A stretch of 64,000 nt of DNA from NCBI GenBank assembly GCA_041609855.1, contig JBFIPZ010000001.1, positions 1,491 to 65,490 of the forward strand. The letters are read 5' to 3'. Below are positions 38,140 through 47,087 of this stretch, one piece after another. The notes below the pieces were generated by a model. That model worked only from the letters and a program-made list of their open reading frames with translations, did not search any database and was not told the origin of the DNA. The position numbers and the translations under genes are program-made. Numbering within the stretch: the stretch's first letter is position 1; each line of letters opens with the position of its first letter. The DNA comes from Nitrosopumilaceae archaeon. Lineage in GTDB: Archaea; Thermoproteota; Nitrososphaeria; Nitrososphaerales; Nitrosopumilaceae.

Positions 38140-38346
38140 CTAGGTTGTTAACTCTGGTTTTAAAGTCCACGCCACTCCAAGCATTATGAATGGAATAGAC
38201 ATCACGCCAATAATTGATAAAATAATATTGAATTGAGAATCGGATACTTGGGGATTATTAACTATCCAAGGTAATGGTAAGGTTACAACTACCCAAATAA
38301 TACCAAGTAAAATAATTATTTTTGCTTTTTTCTTTTTGTCTTCCAT
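38140..38346 (-). CDS. small membrane protein
   Basis: I use the internal ATG at 38346 (MEDKKKKAKIIILLGIIWVV), because the longer ORF to 38439 overlaps the SDR gene. Two TM helices. Confidence 0.4.
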   Translation of the reverse strand: MEDKKKKAKIIILLGIIWVVVTLPLPWIVNNPQVSDSQFNIILSIIGVMSIPFIMLGVAWTLKPELTT

Positions 38347-38387
38347 AGCTACAAATACATTTTGCACAGTATTAAACTGATGTGAAA

Positions 38388-39167
38388 TTATTTGGTTGAT
38401 TGTCCTCCATCTACAGCCAAAATTGCTCCTGTAGTCCAAGAAGAATCCTCCGAGGCAAGAAACAGAACTGACTTTGCAACCTCCTCAGGCTGACCAATTC
38501 TTCCTAATGGATGATCCTTGTCCATAAAATCTCTATCTTTTGAGGTTATCAAAAACGGTTTGGTCATATCTGTATCGATCACACCAGGACAAATGCAATT
38601 TACTCTAATCCTATCTTTTGCATACTCTAATGCCCAACACTTGGTCAGAACAATCAAAGCCGCCTTTGTTGCAGAGTATGCATCAGCATTAAATCCTTCA
38701 TAGGCTTTTAGTCCAGCATCTGATGAAATATTTATGATAGTCCCTGATGTTTTTTGCAGATGCGGAATGGAAAATTTTGTAAATCTAAATTGCCCAGTAA
38801 GATTTACATCTAACACATCATTCCATTCCAACTCTGAGATTTCATGCAATGGCTTTATCTTGGGAAAAACTCCTGCATTATTTACTAGGATATCCAACTT
38901 TCCAAATTGTTCTATTGTTTTTTTTACTACTTTTTTAACTTCCTCTTCTTTTCTAATGTCTGCAGATATTGGTATTGTATTAGTTAATTGATTAGCAGAT
39001 TTTTCTAATTGTAAGGAATTTTTTGAGGTGAGTACTACTTTAGCACCATTTTCAGAAAAAATTTTAGCAATTTCAAATCCGATGCCTCGACTTGCACCAG
39101 TAACTAATGCTACTCTACCTTCTAATTTCAATATTTTTTCAGAGTAAAAATCGTAATTTATACCCAT
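38388..39167 (-). CDS. short-chain dehydrogenase/reductase (FabG-like)
   Basis: Contains TGASRGIG, NNAG and YSATKAA, which is the catalytic YxxxK motif. Confidence 0.85.
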   Translation of the reverse strand: MGINYDFYSEKILKLEGRVALVTGASRGIGFEIAKIFSENGAKVVLTSKNSLQLEKSANQLTNTIPISADIRKEEEVKKVVKKTIEQFGKLDILVNNAGVFPKIKPLHEISELEWNDVLDVNLTGQFRFTKFSIPHLQKTSGTIINISSDAGLKAYEGFNADAYSATKAALIVLTKCWALEYAKDRIRVNCICPGVIDTDMTKPFLITSKDRDFMDKDHPLGRIGQPEEVAKSVLFLASEDSSWTTGAILAVDGGQSTK

Positions 39168-39410
39168 TAAAGAAATTTACAGGAGAAAATTTAATTTAAA
39201 ATTAATCTCAGAGCAACATTGTATTCCAAATATGGGGGAGCAAGGTTTTCCTTTTTTTACAATTAATTTTGAAATTTCTTTAATTGGAATTTTTAAAATA
39301 TTTTTTGATAAAAGAAAGTCTAAAAAATAAATCAAATAAATTCAAAAATTATTGGAAAATACAAAAAAAATTTCATTAATTGATAAATAGTTAGAATTAC
39401 TATAATATTC

Positions 39411-39540
39411 AATGCCGAAGGACATTATTCCTATCGACTAAATCGCGTGGCCTCGCAGAACGAAAATGGCAATCAGGTCTCCAAACCCCCTGATCACGAG
39501 AGGAAATCTCTCATAGTTCTGTAACTAGGGGGCACGCCTC
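39411..39540 (-). ncRNA. candidate structured RNA (unknown class), directly 3' of the CDS at 39541-39990
   Basis: A GC-rich island in AT-rich spacer. Nested perfect helices are 39445-49/39533-37, 39456-61/39516-21, 39472-77/39489-94 and 39498-502/39508-12. The hairpin at 39412-39425 closes with a G-U pair only on the minus strand. Confidence 0.3.
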
Positions 39541-39990
39541 CTACTTTCTGATGATATCAACTGAAACACTCCCCCTGACATTGCCATTTGGATTGATCTG
39601 AATAGAAATTTCTTTTTGGATTGGAATCAAGAATGACTTTTCTCCATTATAATCCCACGTGTAATACTCTGAGATACCAGTCTCGTGTAATGTTCCAATC
39701 AATTCGAAATTTTCTGAAAACTCAAAACTATCTCCCTTTAATGATATCGTCAGTATCTTAGGACTGTCACCATTAGGCACAAACCTAAAAAAATATTCTC
39801 CTTTTTCTAAAACAAACTCATTGGAATATATCCCATTCTGATATAATTCGGGACTAGCTAGAGTTACATGAAAAATAGGCTCATTTTTTGTTATTTGCTG
39901 ATCGGTCTGCGAGGCCAAGGCAACTATAACAATGATAATCATAACTGGAATAATTAGAAATAATTTTTTCAATTTGCTTTCTTTTTTCAA
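39541..39990 (-). CDS. secreted or membrane-anchored hypothetical protein
   Basis: 149 aa with an N-terminal signal anchor (LFLIIPVMIIIVIVALA) followed by a beta-rich domain. Confidence 0.5.
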   Translation of the reverse strand: MKKESKLKKLFLIIPVMIIIVIVALASQTDQQITKNEPIFHVTLASPELYQNGIYSNEFVLEKGEYFFRFVPNGDSPKILTISLKGDSFEFSENFELIGTLHETGISEYYTWDYNGEKSFLIPIQKEISIQINPNGNVRGSVSVDIIRK

Positions 39991-40128
39991 ATAAGGTAAA
40001 AAAAAATTTCTAATTACGACTGAAATTCGCTCTCCCCACGCTTGAGAAAATTTTTGTAAGGTTAATTTTATTTACAGTGAATCAATTTTTACACCGGAAA
40101 TTAAGTATAAATTTTAAAATCGCAAATA

Positions 40129-40773
40129 TTGACAAATCTTCAAGATAAGTGGATTAAACAACCACAACCAGGTATTACAGAGATTATTAATGATGCCATT
40201 AAACCTAAAGGCCCGCTAAAACCCAGAGTCCAAACCGCAATTAAAAAATTAAGATTACAAATTTCAAAATTGGATGGAATGTTAATTAAATTAAAGGAAA
40301 GAGATGGAAAAATATTTCAAAGAATCGTAGAGGCGACACAGCACCACGATGGTCAAACCAGCAAAGTATTATCCAGTGAACTAGCTGAAATTAGAAAAGT
40401 TACAAAGATTTTGAGCAATGCACGAATTGCTTTGGAGAGAATCGAATTACGATTAACCACCACCAATGATATTGGTGATACCGTAATGACAATAATGCCA
40501 ACTATGGGTCTAATGAAAAACCTCAAATCTTCACTAGGAAAAATAATGCCTGGTGCAGAACAAGAGATTAGTCAAATGGCAGACATGTTGGGAGGATTTA
40601 TGACCGAAAGTTTCGCCGGTGATGGTGCATTTGGTATCGATGAGACTACCAGTATAGAATCTGATAAAATATTACAGGAAGCTGCAGCAGTAGCTGAAAA
40701 CTCTACTGGAGATCTATTCCCCTCAGTGCCATCCTCAACTACATCATCAACAACATCCACCAAATTTCTTTAA
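40129..40773 (+). CDS. cdvB: ESCRT-III / CdvB-family protein (paralogue with a Ser/Thr-rich tail)
   Basis: PLKPRVQTAIKKLRLQISKLDGMLIKLKERDGKIFQRIVEA...LAEIRKVTKIL...ALERIELRLTT...IMPGAEQEISQM follows the archaeal Snf7/CdvB helix pattern. The start codon is TTG. Confidence 0.72.
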   Translation: MTNLQDKWIKQPQPGITEIINDAIKPKGPLKPRVQTAIKKLRLQISKLDGMLIKLKERDGKIFQRIVEATQHHDGQTSKVLSSELAEIRKVTKILSNARIALERIELRLTTTNDIGDTVMTIMPTMGLMKNLKSSLGKIMPGAEQEISQMADMLGGFMTESFAGDGAFGIDETTSIESDKILQEAAAVAENSTGDLFPSVPSSTTSSTTSTKFL

Positions 40774-41007
40774 AAATTAGTTTTCAACTGAGTGTTTCAA
40801 TTTTTTTAAATTCTAAAATAATTGGTATAATTTTACTCGATTCTATCGGTGCCTTTCCAGTTTTGATTCCATTTTTTTTGATTTCTTTTCTACTACTCAC
40901 AATATCATAACATCACTAATTTCTTTAAGCACTACGATAACCTAGCATGTTTTCTCGAGTAAAATGAGGGGATTTGCCTTTATATCGACAAATAGAATAA
41001 TCTTAAA

Positions 41008-41154
41008 GTGAGAAAAAAGGAAGTAACAAAAGAAAAATTTTGTATGTGTTGTAAATCAAAAGATAATTTGCAAGCTAGTATTAATCTCCTTACCAATCCT
41101 GCTTTTCTCTGTAGTAAGTGTATTTCAATTCCGTACCGTAAAACTAAGAAATAG
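41008..41154 (+). CDS. possible 48-aa zinc-ribbon-like micro-ORF
   Basis: Manual translation from GTG gives VRKKEVTKEKFCMCCKSKDNLQASINLLTNPAFLCSKCISIPYRKTKK*. It has two Cys pairs and a basic C-terminus. Nothing else supports it. Confidence 0.2.
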   Translation: MRKKEVTKEKFCMCCKSKDNLQASINLLTNPAFLCSKCISIPYRKTKK

Positions 41155-41279
41155 CTATTTTTTCTAATTCTATTTTTACTAATAGTCGATAAACTCGTTT
41201 AAACTACTATGAACCCAAATAACAATAAGCTCAAATTCTGGGGGGACTGCAAATAATTACTTCATTCAGCCTAGTGCCA

Positions 41280-41771
41280 TTAATTTTCTAGGGTTTCTCT
41301 AGACTCTTTAATCTTCTTTACTAAATTACCCTCACTGTCTACAATCTTGTCTATTCCTGATAGCTTTTCTTTCAAATTATTAATTATAGATCCTACCTCA
41401 TCAGCTTCGCTTTCTACATTTTGTCTCTTACGGGTAAGCTCTTTAATTCCTTGATTTTCTTCATCAATGTATGCACTTACCTTTTCTAATTTTTCTTTTA
41501 AATTTTTTATATCAACGGACTCATCCTCAATATCCTTCTCTAAACTAGTCCTTTTATCCTTCAAATTTTTTATCATCAAACCTACATAATCGATTGCCTC
41601 ATCCAATTTGGCCCTCTTATCCATAAGGTTCCCAATCCCAATTTCACTTGATCTGTCTTCAAATGACAATTCTTCTCTAAATTCACTATTTTTAGATTCT
41701 TCTCTAGACTCCTCAGGTTTTTCTTCTACCATTTCTCCTCCCTCTTCCTTGTTTTTGAATTTATCAAACAT
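41280..41771 (-). CDS. acidic coiled-coil protein
   Basis: 163 aa with heptad repeats (IKNLKDKRTSLEKDIEDESVDIKNLKEKLEK) and no catalytic motif. Confidence 0.5.
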   Translation of the reverse strand: MFDKFKNKEEGGEMVEEKPEESREESKNSEFREELSFEDRSSEIGIGNLMDKRAKLDEAIDYVGLMIKNLKDKRTSLEKDIEDESVDIKNLKEKLEKVSAYIDEENQGIKELTRKRQNVESEADEVGSIINNLKEKLSGIDKIVDSEGNLVKKIKESRETLEN

Positions 41772-41875
41772 TTTATAATTTAACTAGAAATTAAGAATAA
41801 AAAGTTATAATGTATTCTCAAAACTGACCCAATGAATGAATTTTTGTAAATAAAAAAGTGAAAGATGGAGAAATT

Positions 41876-42547
41876 CTAAAAAATTGAATTTCCAACCATT
41901 TGTTTTCCTTCAAGTGGATTTACTGCCTCAGATACTGGGTTCCAGATTTGAAGAAATTTGGTATTTGGGGTTGTATCGGAGGTTTTCTGAGAGCTCATCA
42001 AGGCAATGGCAAACTCGCTCTTTTCATCGGAATCTATTATTTTTCCTGAAAAAATGACCCTATAACCGAGACCCTCATTAGAAACATCTTCAATAGTTTC
42101 TAGGTTGGAGCTATGCGATTTTCCACTTAGCTTCATACCAAATTCTACTTTGGATAGATTAATGGTTCCATCGACTGAGAATTTCCAATTTTTGGTCTCC
42201 TCTTTGGAAGTTTTTCCATCAAAAATTACTATCCCTGAATGATGCCACAAGTAATCAAAATTGGGCCTCTTGGATGTTCCTTCTGATGAAAGAAATCTAT
42301 TCATATCATCTTTCATAGGATTTTCTGGAAAAACACCCAGTTTTTCAATGTCTCCATCTTTGAATTTTTCAGCTACCGAATCTTCAAATTCGGCTTGGGA
42401 TTCGCTCACAAGATTAGCATTTTTTTGTGTTTCTAGTTCAGATCCTTCTACGTTTTCCGCATAAGAGTAGCTAACAGCAAAAGGAGCTGTTGATAGCATA
42501 AACAAAATTGCTACTACTCTGAATGTTTTTCTATGGTATTTTTCCAT
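41876..42547 (-). CDS. secreted hypothetical protein
   Basis: 223 aa with a signal peptide (VVAILFMLSTAPFAVSYSYA). Confidence 0.55.
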   Translation of the reverse strand: MEKYHRKTFRVVAILFMLSTAPFAVSYSYAENVEGSELETQKNANLVSESQAEFEDSVAEKFKDGDIEKLGVFPENPMKDDMNRFLSSEGTSKRPNFDYLWHHSGIVIFDGKTSKEETKNWKFSVDGTINLSKVEFGMKLSGKSHSSNLETIEDVSNEGLGYRVIFSGKIIDSDEKSEFAIALMSSQKTSDTTPNTKFLQIWNPVSEAVNPLEGKQMVGNSIF

Positions 42548-42792
42548 AAAATGAGGATTTTTGGATGATAATTTAGGAATGTTAACGAAACGTCCTGTTC
42601 CTTATATACAAAAATGAATGAAAACTAGGTAAAAATCCTTAAAAATTTTTGAAAATTCAGAAAAGTTTGTTTTTTAATCCTTTTTCCAAAACTTTCAAAA
42701 AAACTGAGTAAAATTTTAGGCATTAATTTAATCCTAATTTTTCGTTAAAAATCAAAAATCTTCAATTTTTAGGATTTTTCAAGTGAAAAAAG

Positions 42793-42816
42793 GTGTTCCG
42801 CTTTGTGTTCCGCTTT
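42793..42816 (+). repeat. perfect 12-bp tandem duplication upstream of a wHTH gene
   Basis: gtgttccgcttt occurs twice in tandem and ends 47 nt before the ATG at 42864. The surrounding spacer repeats aggattttt/aaaaatcct motifs. Confidence 0.7.
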
Positions 42817-42863
42817 GAGGTTTCAAAATATTCCTCATAAACCAACCTACTCTATACTAACAC

Positions 42864-43151
42864 ATGTCAAAACAACAATACAGGTCCGAAATGGGCATAA
42901 TGGGTGATATCCTTGACGTAACTGCAAACGGCGGCCGTGATGGAATCATTATATCTGCAATATCTCGCAAAGCCAACCTATCTCACTATGCAGTACTAGA
43001 CAAATGTGAGAAACTGGTAGAAGCAGGCTTGGTTGAGTCCGTGAAAAACGATAGAAATAGAGTCTTTTTAATTACACAAAAAGGACTAGAATTTTTCCAG
43101 GAATTCAAGAGATTTCAAGGTTTAGTTGAGAGCATGAATTTAAGGTATTAG
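42864..43151 (+). CDS. small winged-helix transcriptional regulator
   Basis: 95 aa. IISAISRKANLSHYAVLDKCEKLVEAGLVESVKNDRNRVFLITQKGLEF is a typical archaeal wHTH. Confidence 0.75.
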   Translation: MSKQQYRSEMGIMGDILDVTANGGRDGIIISAISRKANLSHYAVLDKCEKLVEAGLVESVKNDRNRVFLITQKGLEFFQEFKRFQGLVESMNLRY

Positions 43152-43154
43152 CCA

Positions 43155-44186
43155 TTGAACCCCCAAATTGTACCTATCCATAGGATGGAATCACTTGTAG
43201 AAGATGGAATGCTTTTTGTAAGGACTGAGCGTATCCTCAATACGATGATTAAGATGCCCCTTATTCTTGCAGGCTTAGTCGTCATGGCGATCGGAATACC
43301 AATGCAGACCTCATTCAGCTCTACTAGAACCCTGGAATTAACCACCTATTCAGATGGCTCTGCCCACGTATCTATTCAGTTAGATGTCGATCCATTTTTG
43401 CCCGATTATAATCTGGTTTTGTTTGGTCCGTCAGTTGATAATTTCGTAGCGGTAGGTGAGGAGGGATTTTTGCTATCAAGTGAAATTATTGAAAATCAAG
43501 CTAGTATAGACACTTTCGGATCATCTAGCATTACGGTGGATTATGATATCCATGACCTCATATCAAAAGAGGGAAGAGTTTGGACCTTTTCTCTGGATTC
43601 ACCATCTGATTACACATTACTTATGCCATTAAACTCCATTATTGTTGGAATGAGTACAATACCAAAAAACATGGAAATAATGGAAGAACAAACAAAATTA
43701 GAATTATCGAGCGGTCCTACGGAAATAAATTACATTCTTGGAACCCCTCAAAATCAAATAGAGTCTCCCCCCCCACAAGCTCCTAGTCCAAATGAGGATT
43801 ATACTATTCCAATCATATTTGGTGGATTAATTGCCGCTGGAATTGCAGGAGTAACTGTAATTATACAAAGAAACAAATCAAAATTATCTAAACCAAAAAT
43901 TCAGGCAGAAATCGTCTCCGAAAAGAAAGCCGAGGAAAAAATCAATCCACAGGCAATTTTCGATTTTAGACCTGACATGCGAGAAGATGATAAAAAAATT
44001 GTGAGTTTTATTTCTGAAAATGGCGGGAAGGCCTTTGAGAGTGAATTAAGAAAAAAGTTTCTCCAACCACGGACAACTATGTGGAGAGCCGTTAAACGAC
44101 TGGAAAGATTGGGAGTAATTGAGATCGATAAAAAAGACATGCAAAACCTAGTAACCTTAAAGAAAGATTTGGAGGAAGAAGAATGA
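43155..44186 (+). CDS. membrane-spanning protein: extracytoplasmic domain, TM helix, cytoplasmic winged helix
   Basis: N-terminal anchor (MPLILAGLVVMAIGIP), a beta-rich domain of about 170 aa, a Pro-rich linker and a TM helix (IPIIFGGLIAAGIAGVTVII). The C-terminus carries the wHTH IVSFISENGGKAFESELRKKFLQPRTTMWRAVKRLERLGVIE. The start is uncertain: TTG at 43155, or later ATGs. Confidence 0.65.
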   Translation: MNPQIVPIHRMESLVEDGMLFVRTERILNTMIKMPLILAGLVVMAIGIPMQTSFSSTRTLELTTYSDGSAHVSIQLDVDPFLPDYNLVLFGPSVDNFVAVGEEGFLLSSEIIENQASIDTFGSSSITVDYDIHDLISKEGRVWTFSLDSPSDYTLLMPLNSIIVGMSTIPKNMEIMEEQTKLELSSGPTEINYILGTPQNQIESPPPQAPSPNEDYTIPIIFGGLIAAGIAGVTVIIQRNKSKLSKPKIQAEIVSEKKAEEKINPQAIFDFRPDMREDDKKIVSFISENGGKAFESELRKKFLQPRTTMWRAVKRLERLGVIEIDKKDMQNLVTLKKDLEEEE

Positions 44187-45178
44187 AATCCCTTACAATT
44201 TTTGTTTTCTTGATTTTAGCAGCCGGTTTAGGTTTTGGGGGGACCCAAAGTTTGGCCTTTGCCCAGGACAACCCTCACATTTTACAAAAAATTGCTGAAG
44301 GTGCACAAAACCAAATCCAGAGTCAAATCACTAGTAGTTCCTCTGAGGAAATCAAAAACTTGTTTCAAGAAGGTCAGAGTGGAGTACTAGCTTTGGAAAA
44401 CGCCCTAGCTAATGACGATTTAACCTTAGCTAGAGAACATTTTCTTTCTACGATGAAGATATTCACAAAAATTTCTCATCTTTTAACCACCCAACCAACA
44501 TCACCTCCTGAGCCCAAACCAACTCCAAGTGTTCCAAATCCCTCAAGCGATCTTCATAGAATGCAAAGTTATGTTACTAGCCTAAAAGCAATAGCAAAAA
44601 ATCAAAATTCATCAATGGATTTTTCTTTATTAGATAATTTGTTTTCAAATGCAAGGAATCAAATTAATAACTATCAATACGAGGAAGCAACACAAACAAT
44701 CCAAGAAATCAAAGAAGCAATCATAGATTATAATGCAAAACTTCGTCAACAAGCTTCACAACAAGAAACAAATCGTGCTCAAGATTTTGCCCAGAAATAT
44801 CTAGACAGACTTGATCGATTAATCGATCACGGACAAAAAACGGGAATGTCTGAAGATATCATTCAAATTCTTTCAACCTCAAGGCAAAGTCTATCTATGG
44901 CAAATACTCCATCAGAGGTAGTCAATGAAGTAAGAAAGATCCTATTACTTCAACAACAATATGAAATATCAGAAAAAAGTCTTCTAGAATTACGAATTAA
45001 GGATCTTGAAAAATCGGCTCTTGAAATTACAAACTCCGAACAATTCAATGAAGAATTCATAGAGGGGATTAACAAAAACATCTCAACCATTAAAGATCAC
45101 TTGGATAACAAAGAATTTGAAAGGGCAACTGTTTTACTCAATGCACTAGTATCAATACTTGAGAAAATCCAAATTTAG
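44183..45178 (+). CDS. secreted helical/coiled-coil protein
   Basis: Signal peptide, then long helical repeats interrupted by a Pro-rich linker (QPTSPPEPKPTPSVPNPSS). Its ATG overlaps the previous stop (ATGA). Confidence 0.55.
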   Translation: MKSLTIFVFLILAAGLGFGGTQSLAFAQDNPHILQKIAEGAQNQIQSQITSSSSEEIKNLFQEGQSGVLALENALANDDLTLAREHFLSTMKIFTKISHLLTTQPTSPPEPKPTPSVPNPSSDLHRMQSYVTSLKAIAKNQNSSMDFSLLDNLFSNARNQINNYQYEEATQTIQEIKEAIIDYNAKLRQQASQQETNRAQDFAQKYLDRLDRLIDHGQKTGMSEDIIQILSTSRQSLSMANTPSEVVNEVRKILLLQQQYEISEKSLLELRIKDLEKSALEITNSEQFNEEFIEGINKNISTIKDHLDNKEFERATVLLNALVSILEKIQI

Positions 45179-45207
45179 TCATAATTTTCATAAACTTCAT
45201 ATACATT

Positions 45208-45420
45208 TTGCAAACAGCATTGATCATGGCTTCTAAGGAAATTAGCTTAGGTGTGGGGATTCCGATGATTGTAGTTGGTGCCTTGATGGCATGGTTATGG
45301 GCTCCATTAGAAGGTGACATGCAAAACACAGTAGAATTTGTGGGAAGTTTAATTGGAATTTTAGGCGTAGTATTTTTCATCTCCGGATTATTTTACACCA
45401 AAGAACCGGTAATGCATTAA
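45208..45420 (+). CDS. small two-TM membrane protein
   Basis: 70 aa, hydrophobic. It is the last gene of the same-strand run. Confidence 0.4.
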   Translation: MQTALIMASKEISLGVGIPMIVVGALMAWLWAPLEGDMQNTVEFVGSLIGILGVVFFISGLFYTKEPVMH

Positions 45421-45460
45421 AGCCCATTGCATAAATATTGAAAAAAATTACTACTAGTAA

Positions 45461-46174
45461 ATGAAAGTAAGGTTATTTGAAATATTTACATCGGTAGAAG
45501 GAGAAGGAATTCTTTATGGTACAAAAACTCTTTTTGTAAGATTAGCAGGTTGTCCCTTTACCTGTTTTTATTGCGACACTAAAGAATCCTTACCTCTAGA
45601 TTCTGGGAAGGAATATGACATTCAGGAAGCGTGTAATCTAATAGATTCTAATCTTAAAAACCAAACATACAAGGTTAATTTTACCGGAGGAGATCCTTTA
45701 ATCCAACACGAAGCGGTAGCCAAACTAGCAAAATTTGTTCAGAATAAAAAAATCCCAACTTACCTTGAATCATCCTGCTTTGATATAGATAGATTTAATC
45801 ACGTTTTACCATTTATTGATATTGTTAAAATCGAATTTAAGACCAAAGATGCTGAATTTGTTGATTTCAAACATTATGAAAAATTAATTGAAAGTGCAAT
45901 TAATTGTCTTAAATCATCTGTAAAATCAAAGAAAACAACTTACATCAAAATTGTGGTAAGCTCTAAAACAGAATTAAACGAATTTTCAAACCTGGTAAAA
46001 AATATTTTCAGATCAGTTTCGAAGAATCAAATAGATGGGTTCGTAATTCAACCAACCTATGGAATAGCTGAACCGCCTTTGGATCTTCTTCTAAATCTAT
46101 ATGATATAGTATATCCTTATTACATTGATGTTAAAGTTGTTCCACAACTCCACAAGTTAATAGGTGCTCCATAA
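45461..46174 (+). CDS. queE: 7-carboxy-7-deazaguanine synthase (radical SAM)
   Basis: FTSVEGEGILYGTKTLFVRLAGCPFTCFYCDT contains the CX3CX2C cluster motif. Confidence 0.85.
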   Translation: MKVRLFEIFTSVEGEGILYGTKTLFVRLAGCPFTCFYCDTKESLPLDSGKEYDIQEACNLIDSNLKNQTYKVNFTGGDPLIQHEAVAKLAKFVQNKKIPTYLESSCFDIDRFNHVLPFIDIVKIEFKTKDAEFVDFKHYEKLIESAINCLKSSVKSKKTTYIKIVVSSKTELNEFSNLVKNIFRSVSKNQIDGFVIQPTYGIAEPPLDLLLNLYDIVYPYYIDVKVVPQLHKLIGAP

Positions 46175-46238
46175 AATTACCACCAGGCTAAAAACTAGAC
46201 TAGGTTCAAATAGTAGAAAAATTCTCTCAGAATATCAA

Positions 46239-46796
46239 ATGGATGAAGAACGTGTAAAAAAACTTGTCAGAGAGTTAATCATTGAAATTGGTGAAGATCC
46301 CACTCGCGAAGGACTCAAAGATACTCCTGAAAGAATTGGACGAATGTATCAGGAAATCTTCAATGGATACGAGTCTGAATCTGAACTATCAGTGCAGTTT
46401 TCAGAAGATTCTGACACAGTTGTGGCGCGTGACATTCAATTTTATTCCATGTGTGAGCACCATATGTTGCCATTTTTCGGTAAAATCCATATTGCTTACT
46501 CTCCAAATGGGAGGGTTTTTGGAATATCAAAACTTGTCAGATTAGTAGAAAAATTTTCCAAACGACTTCAAATTCAAGAGCGGTTAACAAAGAATATAGC
46601 TGATGAGCTATTTGCTCAAGGAGTAAAAGGAGTAATAGTAGTAGCAGATGCAGAACATCTCTGTATGAAAATGAGAGGAGTCAGAAATGATGCTACATTG
46701 ACAACCTCTGCTTCTAGAGGAGTTTATGAAAACAAGGAAGAAAAAGAAAGTATAATGGCTATGATACGCAAAACCTCCTCTAATTCTTCATTTTAA
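46239..46796 (+). CDS. folE: GTP cyclohydrolase I (FolE type)
   Basis: Contains GEDPTREGLKDTPERIGRMYQE, CEHHMLPF and QERLT. The start is placed at ATG 46239 (MDEERVKK), not at the overlapping GTG at 46164. Confidence 0.9.
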   Translation: MDEERVKKLVRELIIEIGEDPTREGLKDTPERIGRMYQEIFNGYESESELSVQFSEDSDTVVARDIQFYSMCEHHMLPFFGKIHIAYSPNGRVFGISKLVRLVEKFSKRLQIQERLTKNIADELFAQGVKGVIVVADAEHLCMKMRGVRNDATLTTSASRGVYENKEEKESIMAMIRKTSSNSSF

Positions 46797-46836
46797 CACC
46801 TGAAAAATTAAATATTCAATATTTGACAACAGTTCT

Positions 46837-47085
46837 ATGGTTGCTCATGATAATATCCATATTCCAAAAGAGTCCTTTCCAAATTGGATATGGTATGTTA
46901 TTGAGGTTTCATTGGTAATAGTAATTTCATTTGCAATTTCTTTCAAAGTTGCTGATTCTTTTGAAGTAACCCCTGATGTTGGTAACTGGATTTTAACTGG
47001 AACTTTTGGGGCATGTTTTCTTGTATGGTTTATAATAATTCGAGGTCTAATTCTCAAAAAGAAAATTCTTAGAAACAGGTACTAA
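46837..47085 (+). CDS. small membrane protein
   Basis: 82 aa with two TM helices, lying between folE and queC. Confidence 0.4.
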   Translation: MVAHDNIHIPKESFPNWIWYVIEVSLVIVISFAISFKVADSFEVTPDVGNWILTGTFGACFLVWFIIIRGLILKKKILRNRY

Positions 47086-47087
47086 AT

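Noticed and set aside
39411-39540. tRNA, possibly intron-containing, in the GC-rich island
   Set aside because: On neither strand could I build an acceptor stem, a T-arm with a UUCRA loop or a D-arm. It is kept only as an unclassified structured-RNA candidate.
39549-39578. C/D-box sRNA (cUGAUGA ... CUGA ... CUGA)
   Set aside because: The box spacing is wrong: only 5 nt lie between the C-like and D'-like boxes. The motif also lies inside the well-supported CDS 39541-39990.
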